Assembly (NCBI GenBank): GCA_937960645.1
Contig: CALGPJ010000005.1
Span: forward strand, 831 to 64,830
DNA length: 64,000 nt
Origin: an uncultured Spirochaetia bacterium
GTDB lineage: Bacteria > Spirochaetota > Spirochaetia > JABEVK01
Reading direction: 5' to 3'
Positions 27,488 through 35,932 of the stretch are shown piece after piece. Position 1 is the first letter of the stretch, and every line of letters begins with the position of its first letter. Below the pieces are notes generated by a model, which was not told the DNA's origin, ran no database searches, and saw nothing but the letters and a program-made list of their open reading frames with translations. The position numbers and the translations under genes are program-made.

Positions 27488-28733
27488 GGTGTTTTTCCGC
27501 CTCCGAAATCGAAGCCGCCTCGCTGAGCAAAAAATCCCGCCACTGTTGCGGCTGCAGGGCCTTGGCCGTAATAAAAATGTCTTTGTCGCCGCGGCCGCTC
27601 ATGTTGACCAGGATGTTGGCCTTTCGGGGCAGGTGGGGCGCCAGACGGATCGCCGCCGCACCGGCATGGGCGCTTTCCAGGGCAAACACGATCCCCTCGG
27701 TCCGGGCGAAGAACTTCAGCGCATCCAGGGTTTCCTGGTCGGTGACACTCTGAAACTCCACCCGGCCGCTTTTTCCGAGAAAGGCCAGCTCGGGGCCGAT
27801 GCCGGCGTAGTCCAGGCCGGCGCTGACCGAGTGGGTCCGTTCCACCTGGCCGTCATCGTCCAGGATGAAATAGCTCTTGTACCCCTGAACGATGCCCACG
27901 CGCCCGGCCTGGGTCATACGCACCGCGTTTTCGCCCAGCTGGGGACCGCGGCCGCCGGCCTCCACCCCGATCAGTCGCACATCCTCGTCGACAAAGGCCG
28001 AAAACAGCCCGATGGCATTGGAGCCGCCGCCCACGCAGGCCAGGATGGCATCCAGTTTGACATCCCTCAGTTGTTCCCTGACCTCCCGCCCGATCACGGA
28101 CTGAAACTCCCGCACCATATCCGGGAAGGGTGCCGGGCCGAGGGCCGAGCCCAAAAGGTAATGCGTGTTTTCCCAGGAAGCGGCCCAATCGCGCAGGGCC
28201 TCGTTGACCGCATCCTTGAGGGTCCGCGTCCCCGAGGTCACCGGGACCACCTCGGCCCCGAAGAGCTCCATCAGGAACACGTTGGGGCGCTGACGCCGCA
28301 CATCGACCTCCCCCATGTAGACCCGGCAAGGCAGGCCCAACCGCGCGCAGGCGGCGGCCGTTGCCACCCCGTGCTGGCCGGCCCCGGTCTCGGCGATGAT
28401 CCGGGTCTTGCCCATCATCCTGGCCAGAAGGGCCTGACCCATAGCGTTGTTGATTTTGTGGGCGCCGGTGTTGGCCAGTCCCTCGAGCTTGACGTAGATG
28501 TTGGCCCCGCCCAGTTCCTCGCTGGCGCGATGCGCCCGAAGCACGGGAGTGGGACGTCCGATGTACTCGACGCGCAAGCGCTCGAGCTCCGATTGAAAGG
28601 CCGGATCGGGATAAAAACGGTGGAACGCCTCTTCGAGCTCCTCGAGGGGGCGGCGAAGCACCTCGGCCACGTATCGGCCGCCGAACTCGCCAAAGTAGCC
28701 GTTACGGGAAGGCAATGCGGACCTCCTCGACAA
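27480..28733 (-). CDS. trpB: tryptophan synthase beta chain (exact start uncertain)
   Basis: GYFGEFGGRYV, TGAHKINN, AETGAGQHG, CVGGGSNA, SAGLDY, SGRGDKD. Confidence 0.97.
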   Translation of the reverse strand: MSRRSALPSRNGYFGEFGGRYVAEVLRRPLEELEEAFHRFYPDPAFQSELERLRVEYIGRPTPVLRAHRASEELGGANIYVKLEGLANTGAHKINNAMGQALLARMMGKTRIIAETGAGQHGVATAAACARLGLPCRVYMGEVDVRRQRPNVFLMELFGAEVVPVTSGTRTLKDAVNEALRDWAASWENTHYLLGSALGPAPFPDMVREFQSVIGREVREQLRDVKLDAILACVGGGSNAIGLFSAFVDEDVRLIGVEAGGRGPQLGENAVRMTQAGRVGIVQGYKSYFILDDDGQVERTHSVSAGLDYAGIGPELAFLGKSGRVEFQSVTDQETLDALKFFARTEGIVFALESAHAGAAAIRLAPHLPRKANILVNMSGRGDKDIFITAKALQPQQWRDFLLSEAASISEAEKHHG

Positions 28734-30126
28734 AACGAAGAATTTTTTCCGGGTCCTTGATCCCGGGCTGTTTTTCGAGCCGGGAACTGGCGTCTACCAG
28801 CTCGGGCTTCCAGCGTTGCACCACCTCGGCAACGTTTTCTACCCCCAGCCCGCCGGCGAGCCACAGGGGCTGATCCTCGATACTCGACAGAATCTCGTCG
28901 GCCACCCTTTGACCCGTCCCCCCCTTCCGATCCGGCGAAAAGGCATCGATCAGGAACCGCGGCGGCCAAATTCCCCGCCAGGGATCGCATTCGATAGCGG
29001 TTTGGGGGCTGATGGCCTTGTAGGCCCGATGGGCTTGGATCTTGACGAAGTCCGGCGTCTCCTCGCCGTGAAACTGCAGGGCATCGAGGGAGCCCTCCTC
29101 CAACAGCTCCTCGATCGGGGGCGGTATCGGCTGGTCCGGCCCCAGCTGAACCACGCCCACCTTGAGGAGAGAACATCCCCCGAGACTGCGGATAAACACT
29201 GGGCTCACTTGCCGGGGGCTGGGGGCCAGGACGAAGCCGGCGATGTCGGCCCCAGCCTGTTCGGCCAATTTGAGGTCCGTCTCCCGGGTGATGCCGCAAA
29301 TCTTCACCAGGGGCCCGGGGTTGACTTTGGGAGCGTAAAGCCTCGACCAAAACGAGGGGCGGGGCCAGGGACGATAGGTCGCCACCAATTTTCGGGCCAG
29401 CTGTGGATCTCGAACCGCCCCCTCCCCGACCAGGACGCCATGAAACTGGTTCAACGCTGTCCAGTTCGCCTGGTAAGGTTCAAAGATTCCCGATTCGTAG
29501 ATGACCTGGGCGTTCCAATCCACCAGCGAGCGAATTTTTAGGGGGAGCACGGGGTCGACCCGGAACGTGGCGAGGTCCCGGCAATTGATCCCCAAAAACC
29601 GGGGACGAAGGCGGCGCGCCTTCGCCATGTCCTCGCGGTCATGGACCTCCATCAATACGGCCAGCCCCAGTCGCCGTGCTTCGTTGTAGCGCTCGGTCAG
29701 GGTCTTTTGGTCCAACAGGGCCGCAATCAAGAGAATGGCGTCCGCTCCGGCCCGCCAACTGACGACGATGTCCTCTTCGGTAGAGAGAAAATCTTTGCGC
29801 AGGACGGCAAGATCGGGGAAGGCGTTTTTGACGGCCATGAGGTCTGCCAGGCTCCCGCCAAAACGATCTTCCTCGGTGAGGACACTCACCGTTCGCACCC
29901 CGGCCTCGTAGTAGCGTCGGGCCATTTCCACAGGGTCTAAATCCGGGTCGATGTCGCCGCGGCTGGGGGAGCGCCTTTTGATTTCACAGATCACGGGGGG
30001 TTGGCGAAGAAAAAACGACACGGGCACCTGGCGGCGCTCCGGCACCGGGTGGCCGAACTCCGGCCCGAGGCGGCCCATGGTTTCCAATCGTTTTTCAAGA
30101 ATGTCGAACAAAATGCCTTTTTTCAT
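28702..30126 (-). CDS. trpCF: bifunctional indole-3-glycerol-phosphate synthase / phosphoribosylanthranilate isomerase
   Basis: EIKRRSPSRG, SVLTE, LRKDF, GINCRDL, then VKICGIT, QFHG, GGTG, LAGGL, VDASS. Confidence 0.93.
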   Translation of the reverse strand: MKKGILFDILEKRLETMGRLGPEFGHPVPERRQVPVSFFLRQPPVICEIKRRSPSRGDIDPDLDPVEMARRYYEAGVRTVSVLTEEDRFGGSLADLMAVKNAFPDLAVLRKDFLSTEEDIVVSWRAGADAILLIAALLDQKTLTERYNEARRLGLAVLMEVHDREDMAKARRLRPRFLGINCRDLATFRVDPVLPLKIRSLVDWNAQVIYESGIFEPYQANWTALNQFHGVLVGEGAVRDPQLARKLVATYRPWPRPSFWSRLYAPKVNPGPLVKICGITRETDLKLAEQAGADIAGFVLAPSPRQVSPVFIRSLGGCSLLKVGVVQLGPDQPIPPPIEELLEEGSLDALQFHGEETPDFVKIQAHRAYKAISPQTAIECDPWRGIWPPRFLIDAFSPDRKGGTGQRVADEILSSIEDQPLWLAGGLGVENVAEVVQRWKPELVDASSRLEKQPGIKDPEKILRFVEEVRIAFP

Positions 30127-31727
30127 CGTCTTGCCTTGATCTGACGAACGGTATCCAGGATCTCTTCCAGTTTAGCCCGAACCTGCCCGCCTGCAAGGGC
30201 TTCTCGGGCCAGGGCGATCCCATCCTTTAAGGTGTCCGCCTTCCGGGCCACCCAAAGGGCGGCACCGGCATTGGCCGCCACCGCGTCAGCCAGAGCACGC
30301 CGCCCCTCGCCGCGGATCAGTTCCCGGGCCAACTCGGCATTCTGGGCGGCCGTTCCTCCGATCATGTCGCTCAGCGGGTGCTCTGCCAGACCAAGGTCCG
30401 CGGGCCGCACCGTTTGGCGCTCCACGTCGCCCTCGAACCCAACATACAGGTTCGTCGGACCGCACACACTCAGCTCGTCCTGGCCATCCTCGGCATGGAG
30501 AGCCACGACCCGCTGAACACCCAAAAGCCGGGCGGCCCGGGCCAGAACGGGGGCCAGGGCGTCGCTGAAGACTCCGATCACCTGGAAGGCCGCCCGAGCC
30601 GGATTAGCTAAAGGCCCCAACAGGTTCATGATGGTCTTGACCCCCAGCTCCCGGCGAACCTGGGCGGCATGCCTCATGGCGGCGTGGTACTTCGGAGCGA
30701 ACAGAAACGCAAATCCGGTCGTCTGCAGGAGCTCGGCGGCCTCGGCGGGTTCGAGTTCGATGTCCAGCCCTAGCTCCTGATAAAACTCGGCGCTGCCACT
30801 GCGGGAGCTCACGGCGCGGTTTCCGTGTTTCGCGGTGGGTACCCCACAGGCCGCCGTCACCAGGGCGGTCAGCGAGCTGACGTTGAAGGTCCCCAATTCG
30901 TCGCCGCCGGTTCCGCAGGTGTCCAGGGTAGGCACGCTCACGGGGAAGGGCCGCTGCTTGTCGCGCAGCACACTCACGCAGGCGGCGATTTCTTCCGGCG
31001 AGGGCCCCTTGGCGGTGAGGGCAACCAACACACCGGCGAGCTGGGCCGGGGTCATGGCCCCCTCGGTGATCTCGTCCATCACATTGACGGCTTCCTGTCT
31101 CTCCAGATCCTGGCGCTGAATGAGTTTGTTCAGGTATTCCCGATAGGGAAAAGACTCGCGCCGATACCGCAAAAAGTTGGACAGGAGCTTCTTGCCGTGT
31201 TCGCTGGCGATGCTCTCGGGGTGGAACTGCACACCTTCAAGGGGCCAGACCTTGTGCCGCACCCCCATGATCTCACCATCGGGGCTTCGGGCGGTCACCT
31301 CGAGATCCTCGGGAAGGTGATCGGGATCGATGACGAGGCTGTGGTACCGGGTAAAATTGCTGGGCGAGGGAATGCCCCGAAACAGCCCCTTGCCGTCGTG
31401 CGAAATGGCGTGGACCTTGCCGTGCACAATGTCCCTGGCCTGGATGATCGGTGCCCCCAGGGCATAACCGATGGCCTGGTGCCCCAGGCAGACGCCCAAA
31501 ATCGGTATCTTGCTTCCGAGCTTACGAATCACCTCGACGCTGATCCCCGCTTCCTCGGGACGTCCTGGCCCGGGTCCGATCAGGATGCCCCGGGGTTGCA
31601 TTTTTTCCAGCTGTGCGACCGTGATCTCGTCGTTTCGAAAGACCTTGATTTCCTGGTCGGTCAGTTCGATGAGGTACTGCACGATGTTGAACGTGAACGA
31701 ATCGTAATTGTCGATGACGACGTACAT
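30123..31727 (-). CDS. trpGD: bifunctional anthranilate synthase component II / anthranilate phosphoribosyltransferase
   Basis: IDNYDSF, GVCLGHQ, QFHPES, then DTCGTGGD, KHGNRAVSS, NLLGPLANP. Confidence 0.95.
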   Translation of the reverse strand: MYVVIDNYDSFTFNIVQYLIELTDQEIKVFRNDEITVAQLEKMQPRGILIGPGPGRPEEAGISVEVIRKLGSKIPILGVCLGHQAIGYALGAPIIQARDIVHGKVHAISHDGKGLFRGIPSPSNFTRYHSLVIDPDHLPEDLEVTARSPDGEIMGVRHKVWPLEGVQFHPESIASEHGKKLLSNFLRYRRESFPYREYLNKLIQRQDLERQEAVNVMDEITEGAMTPAQLAGVLVALTAKGPSPEEIAACVSVLRDKQRPFPVSVPTLDTCGTGGDELGTFNVSSLTALVTAACGVPTAKHGNRAVSSRSGSAEFYQELGLDIELEPAEAAELLQTTGFAFLFAPKYHAAMRHAAQVRRELGVKTIMNLLGPLANPARAAFQVIGVFSDALAPVLARAARLLGVQRVVALHAEDGQDELSVCGPTNLYVGFEGDVERQTVRPADLGLAEHPLSDMIGGTAAQNAELARELIRGEGRRALADAVAANAGAALWVARKADTLKDGIALAREALAGGQVRAKLEEILDTVRQIKARR

Positions 31728-33119
31728 TTAAACCTCCAGCCCGACGCTGTGGGCCATGGCGCGCAGTTTTTCGTTGGTTTCCTCCAGCTCGCGTTCGGGC
31801 CGGCTGTCGTAAACGATACCCGCACCCGCCTGGAGAGCCAACCGATTGCCGCTCTTCCAGCCGCAGCGGATGGCGATGCAAGTATCCAGGTCGCCGCCGG
31901 GTCCGACCCAGCCCACCACCCCGGCATAGAAGCGGCGGGCCACCGGCTCCAACGTGCTCAGGATTTCGATGGCCCGAATCTTGGGGGCCCCGGAAACCGT
32001 ACCGGCGGGAAAGGTGGCCCGCAGCGCGTCGGTCCCGAGCATACCGGGGCGCAGTTTTCCGCTCACCCCGCTCACGATGTGCATCACATGGCTGTAGCGC
32101 TCCACCACGTAATAGTCGGGCACCGCGATGCTTCCCCGCTCGCAGACCCGGCCCAAATCGTTTCGCGCCAGATCAACCAGCATGAGGTGTTCGGCCTGTT
32201 CCTTGGTGTCGGCCAGAAGTTCTTTTTCCAGGGCCTTGTCCTCCCCTTCGTCTTTACCGCGTCGACGTGTGCCGGCGATCGGCCGGATCAGCGCCTGGCC
32301 GTTTTTGACCTTGACGTGGACCTCGGGACTGGCACCAAAAAGCTGACCGTTGCCAAAGTCCAGGTAAAACATGTAGGGAGAAGGATTGTTGGATCGGAGG
32401 TGGCGGTAGGCCTCGATCGCGGGAATATCGGTTTCGACAAGAAGGCGACGGCTCAACACCCCCTGCAACAGGTTGCCCTTGATGATGTGATCACGCACCA
32501 CCTCGACGCCGTGGCGAAACGAATCGGCCCACTCATCGGGTAAGAGTACGGCCCTGGTGGATGTACTGTCCGCGTTGAGGAATTCCCACTGGCCGTCGCC
32601 GATCTGCTCCTCGATGCCCTGCAGGGCTTCCTCCAGATCGATGTCCGCCTCTTTCCAGTTCATCCCGATCAGATAGATCAGGTCGGTATAATGATCGAAT
32701 ACGGCCCAAACGTGCCCAAAAAGAAAGATGGCCTCGGGTAGATTTAAGGGATCGTCCTGGGGTTGAAGGACGATCGTGTCGAAGTACCGACAGTTTTCGT
32801 AAGCCAGGAAACCCACGCCCCCCGAAGGAAAGGGAAAATCCTGGCGCGGATTCGGAAGCTGATTGGCGAAGTAGACAAGAAGATCGAGGATATCGCGGTG
32901 GATGCTCCTGATTCTGCTCTTTTTCCCCTCTTTGACGAAAAAGCATTCCCGTTGCTGCTGGATGATTCGAAACGCCTCCCTTACCAGAAGCAAACTGTAG
33001 CGGGAGCGGCCATGCTGCGCGGAACTGCTTTCGAGAAGAACGGCAGCCCCGAGTTTGCGTGCTAGGCTGTAAGGGGTGTATCTTTCCCCTTGCAACACTC
33101 TGATGAGTGATTCCGGCAT
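31728..33119 (-). CDS. trpE: anthranilate synthase component I
   Basis: LLESS, NPSPYM, GASPE, PIAGT, EHLMLVDLARND, PAGTVSGAPK. Confidence 0.95.
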   Translation of the reverse strand: MPESLIRVLQGERYTPYSLARKLGAAVLLESSSAQHGRSRYSLLLVREAFRIIQQQRECFFVKEGKKSRIRSIHRDILDLLVYFANQLPNPRQDFPFPSGGVGFLAYENCRYFDTIVLQPQDDPLNLPEAIFLFGHVWAVFDHYTDLIYLIGMNWKEADIDLEEALQGIEEQIGDGQWEFLNADSTSTRAVLLPDEWADSFRHGVEVVRDHIIKGNLLQGVLSRRLLVETDIPAIEAYRHLRSNNPSPYMFYLDFGNGQLFGASPEVHVKVKNGQALIRPIAGTRRRGKDEGEDKALEKELLADTKEQAEHLMLVDLARNDLGRVCERGSIAVPDYYVVERYSHVMHIVSGVSGKLRPGMLGTDALRATFPAGTVSGAPKIRAIEILSTLEPVARRFYAGVVGWVGPGGDLDTCIAIRCGWKSGNRLALQAGAGIVYDSRPERELEETNEKLRAMAHSVGLEV

Positions 33120-33168
33120 AAAAGGGGGACCTCTGGTTCAAACTATCGGAGATCCCCCCTTCGGTCAA
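33120..33168 (-). terminator. ssb terminator-like hairpin overlapping a trpE promoter and SD
   Basis: GGGGGAUCUC-15nt-GAGGUCCCCC-UUUU directly followed by the trpE AUG. TTGACC-N17-TAGTTT overlaps it. Confidence 0.6.
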
Positions 33169-33174
33169 GACAGC

Positions 33175-33567
33175 TCAAAAAGCGGGCACTTCCTCATCCT
33201 CGATGATCTCCTCCTCGTCTTTTGCTTTGGTTGGGGCGGTCTGGGTGTAGAACTGGACATCGTTGCCGATGATCTTGATGCGCGAGTGCTGCTTGCCCTC
33301 GTCGTCCATCCATCGATCCTGTTTGAGCCTGCCGGCAACACGGACGGATTTGCCCTTCTTCAAAAGCTCCTGACACTTGAGGGCCGTCTGATTCCAAACC
33401 TCGACATCGAAGAACGACACCTCGCTGCGCTTTTCGTCATTCACCGTATAATAACGGTTGTGCGCGATGCTGAACTTACAGACCTTTGACCCTTTTGGGG
33501 TGGTGATCATGGTGGGGTCCTTCACGAGGTTCCCTTCCATCACGATGGAATTACCGAGCCTGAGCAT
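33175..33567 (-). CDS. ssb: single-stranded DNA-binding protein
   Basis: GNLVKDP, FSIAHNR, FFDVEVW, GRLKQDRW, acidic tail ending EVPAF. AGGAGG SD. Confidence 0.95.
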   Translation of the reverse strand: MLRLGNSIVMEGNLVKDPTMITTPKGSKVCKFSIAHNRYYTVNDEKRSEVSFFDVEVWNQTALKCQELLKKGKSVRVAGRLKQDRWMDDEGKQHSRIKIIGNDVQFYTQTAPTKAKDEEEIIEDEEVPAF

Positions 33568-33681
33568 TTTTTACCTCCTTCTTTTTGGTGCTCATCTATA
33601 CAACCCGTTTTTTTTGATTTTTGTACCTGTTTTTGAAGGAGGAGCGGAGAAAATTATTTGAAAAACAGCTAAGATTCCAAC

Positions 33682-34155
33682 ATGGATGCCCTCATCCTCT
33701 ACGCCAGCCGCAGTGGCAATACCGAGCGTGCTGCCGAATGGATTGCCGATATACTCCAGGCAAAAGGCCATCAGACCGTAAAGCACAACGCACAGGATTT
33801 TCACCCGGAGCTTTTGACCCGCTTTCCCCTGATCCTGGCCGGCTGCAGCACCATCGGCGAAGGCGACCTTTTGCCGGCCTTCTTTCCCTGGGAAAAAGCG
33901 TTGCGCGAATTGACTCTGGAAGGGGTCTACGGGGCGGCATTCGGTACCGGGGCCGAACGCTACCGGTATTTCGCCGAGGCTGTGGTCATCCTGGAGAATC
34001 GTCTGAAAAATGCCGGTATCAAACTTCTCTTGCCTGGTTTGAAAATCGATACAACTCTTGGAATACGACGCGAGCAGGTGGAACCCTGGGCCCGTAGAAT
34101 CACCGAGAAAATCGACGAAATCCTGTCCAGCGGTGCTACCAATCGCCCCGAATAA
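33682..34155 (+). CDS. flavodoxin
   Basis: YASRSGNTE FMN loop, STIGEGDL, AFGTG. TAAGAT 6 nt before the ATG. Confidence 0.85.
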   Translation: MDALILYASRSGNTERAAEWIADILQAKGHQTVKHNAQDFHPELLTRFPLILAGCSTIGEGDLLPAFFPWEKALRELTLEGVYGAAFGTGAERYRYFAEAVVILENRLKNAGIKLLLPGLKIDTTLGIRREQVEPWARRITEKIDEILSSGATNRPE

Positions 34156-34303
34156 TCAGGGCCACCGTTCCTCCGACTGTCAAAATAATGGCCAGGTTAA
34201 CAGCAGGCATCACCAAAAACTGAAGTTCTGGACCACCCCAAAAAAACAGGATGCCGCTCAACAAACTGAAGCACATACCACCAAGGATGATGTATTTGCT
34301 CAT
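34136..34303 (-). CDS. small two-TM membrane protein (55 aa; absent from the ORF track)
   Basis: MSKYIILGGMCFSLLSGILFFWGGPELQFLVMPAVNLAIILTVGGTVALIIRGDW. Preceded by TTGGCA-N17-TAAGAT-8nt. Confidence 0.55.
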   Translation of the reverse strand: MSKYIILGGMCFSLLSGILFFWGGPELQFLVMPAVNLAIILTVGGTVALIIRGDW

Positions 34304-34311
34304 ACCGAGTC

Positions 34312-34362
34312 ATCTTAGATCAAAATGGGGCCCTTGCCAATCTAAAGTGTTCCATTTACTCT
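34312..34362. promoter_or_regulatory. divergent promoter pair sharing one -35 element
   Basis: Plus strand TTGCCA(34334)-N17-TACTCT-7nt-ATG. Minus strand TTGGCA(34340)-N17-TAAGAT-8nt-ATG. Confidence 0.6.
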
Positions 34363-34369
34363 AAAAGCA

Positions 34370-35881
34370 ATGGATCCCTTTATCCTTCGTGATCGGCTGA
34401 CTCGATACTCCAATTTGACGGGAATCAAATTCGAAACCCTTCGAGAGCGCTGGAAGGCCATCGAGAATCTTCCCCCCGAAAAGCGTTGCCAGATCAACCC
34501 TTACGATCTTAAATCTGTCCTCGACATGAGTGATGAGGATCTGTACGAATTCTTTTTGAAACTTGTTCAGGTGGAACTCTTGATCCCTCGCTGGTGCCTG
34601 GTTGATGCCCAAACCGGTTTTTATTTCAAAACCTGGCCTGATTTCGCCTCGATTTATACAGAGCGCGAGTTTTGCCCCCTAACCTCCGAGGTGATCGACA
34701 TCGACCTGGAAAAAAACCTGGAAGTCTGCTTTCAGGTTCACCCCGGTATCTACAACGACGAGATCAATCCCTACGACGACTATGCATCCTACATCACGTT
34801 TTTTCGCAGTCAAAAAATCCACTTTTCCGAAGAAATCGATCACTACCTCGGTAAGGACAACACCAAGTTTTTCCATGTGTTCAACAGTTTTGAGCTTGGC
34901 AAAATATCGCTCGAGGCAGAAGCGGGAAAAACGTACAGGATCATCAGTCTCGAAACTCAGGGGAACGTCCTGTTAAGGGTGGCCGCCTCTCCGCAGCAGG
35001 CGAGCTTTCTCAACAAAATGGTTCTTTACCGTGAAAGCAAGACCCCCGTCATGCCAGGCATGGGCAAGCCCGCGCAAAGTCTGGAAATCGAATTGAACGA
35101 GGACGGATTCAAACCCAGGGAACTGACCTGCAAGCCCGGTAGGGTCGAGGTTTGGGTTCAAAGCAACCTCAAGAAAAAGTCCGGCGTACTCGTCCTTGTC
35201 GATGACCTTCCCCGCCTTAAAACTCTTCTCAAGAACTCTCCCCCGCGCAGCGACCAGGTTTTGACCGCCAAGATTTTATTGAGTTCTCGTTCCTACAAGG
35301 AGTACAATGTTCTCAGCCAGGCCGGAGGCGACAAGGCATTTCCGGTCACGGACCTAACCATCCTCTTTGCTGAAATGGAGCCCAATTACGAGCTGTACAC
35401 CACCCAGGGAGATCAAAAAGCCTTCCACCTTATTCAGGAGATGTTGAGCGCCCTGCAGGACCTCGTCACCCTCACCAACGGTGTGGTGGTGAAAACCCTC
35501 GGCACCCTGATCATGGCAATCTTTCACAAGCCCGACGAAGGGGCCCTGGCCTGTGAAAAAATCATGGACAGGGTTCTCAGTCACAACAAAAAAAACCCGG
35601 CCGACAAACACCTTCTGATCAAGGCCGCCATGCATCACGGCGACGCCCTGGCGATAAAGGTCGAAAACAACCTGGATTACTTCGGCAAGCTCATCACCAC
35701 CGCCATCCGGCTCCAATCTCAGGCCGAGGGAATGGAACTGGTCGCGACGCCGGAGCTTGTCCAGACCCTATCGCCAGATTACAACCTCGAGGAAAACGGC
35801 TGGACTGTTCAGGAAAAACAATATTCCATTCAGGAAGGAATCGACTTGAAAGCTTTCTGCTGTAAACGCGCGCCCAAATAA
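34370..35881 (+). CDS. DUF5939-like N-terminus plus class III nucleotide cyclase domain (catalytic residues degenerate)
   Basis: C-terminal LTILFAEM...LY..QGDQKAF..I...GVVVKTLG..IMAIF...LDYFG...AIRLQ cyclase fold. Confidence 0.75.
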   Translation: MDPFILRDRLTRYSNLTGIKFETLRERWKAIENLPPEKRCQINPYDLKSVLDMSDEDLYEFFLKLVQVELLIPRWCLVDAQTGFYFKTWPDFASIYTEREFCPLTSEVIDIDLEKNLEVCFQVHPGIYNDEINPYDDYASYITFFRSQKIHFSEEIDHYLGKDNTKFFHVFNSFELGKISLEAEAGKTYRIISLETQGNVLLRVAASPQQASFLNKMVLYRESKTPVMPGMGKPAQSLEIELNEDGFKPRELTCKPGRVEVWVQSNLKKKSGVLVLVDDLPRLKTLLKNSPPRSDQVLTAKILLSSRSYKEYNVLSQAGGDKAFPVTDLTILFAEMEPNYELYTTQGDQKAFHLIQEMLSALQDLVTLTNGVVVKTLGTLIMAIFHKPDEGALACEKIMDRVLSHNKKNPADKHLLIKAAMHHGDALAIKVENNLDYFGKLITTAIRLQSQAEGMELVATPELVQTLSPDYNLEENGWTVQEKQYSIQEGIDLKAFCCKRAPK

Positions 35882-35932
35882 CCGATCGATTCTCCTTCCT
35901 TGCGTCAGAGCACTCCGAGGATTCGTGCATTC

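Noticed and set aside
33120-33174. Classical trp attenuator or T-box
   Set aside because: There is no leader ORF with Trp codons, no T-box sequence, and only 55 bp of space.
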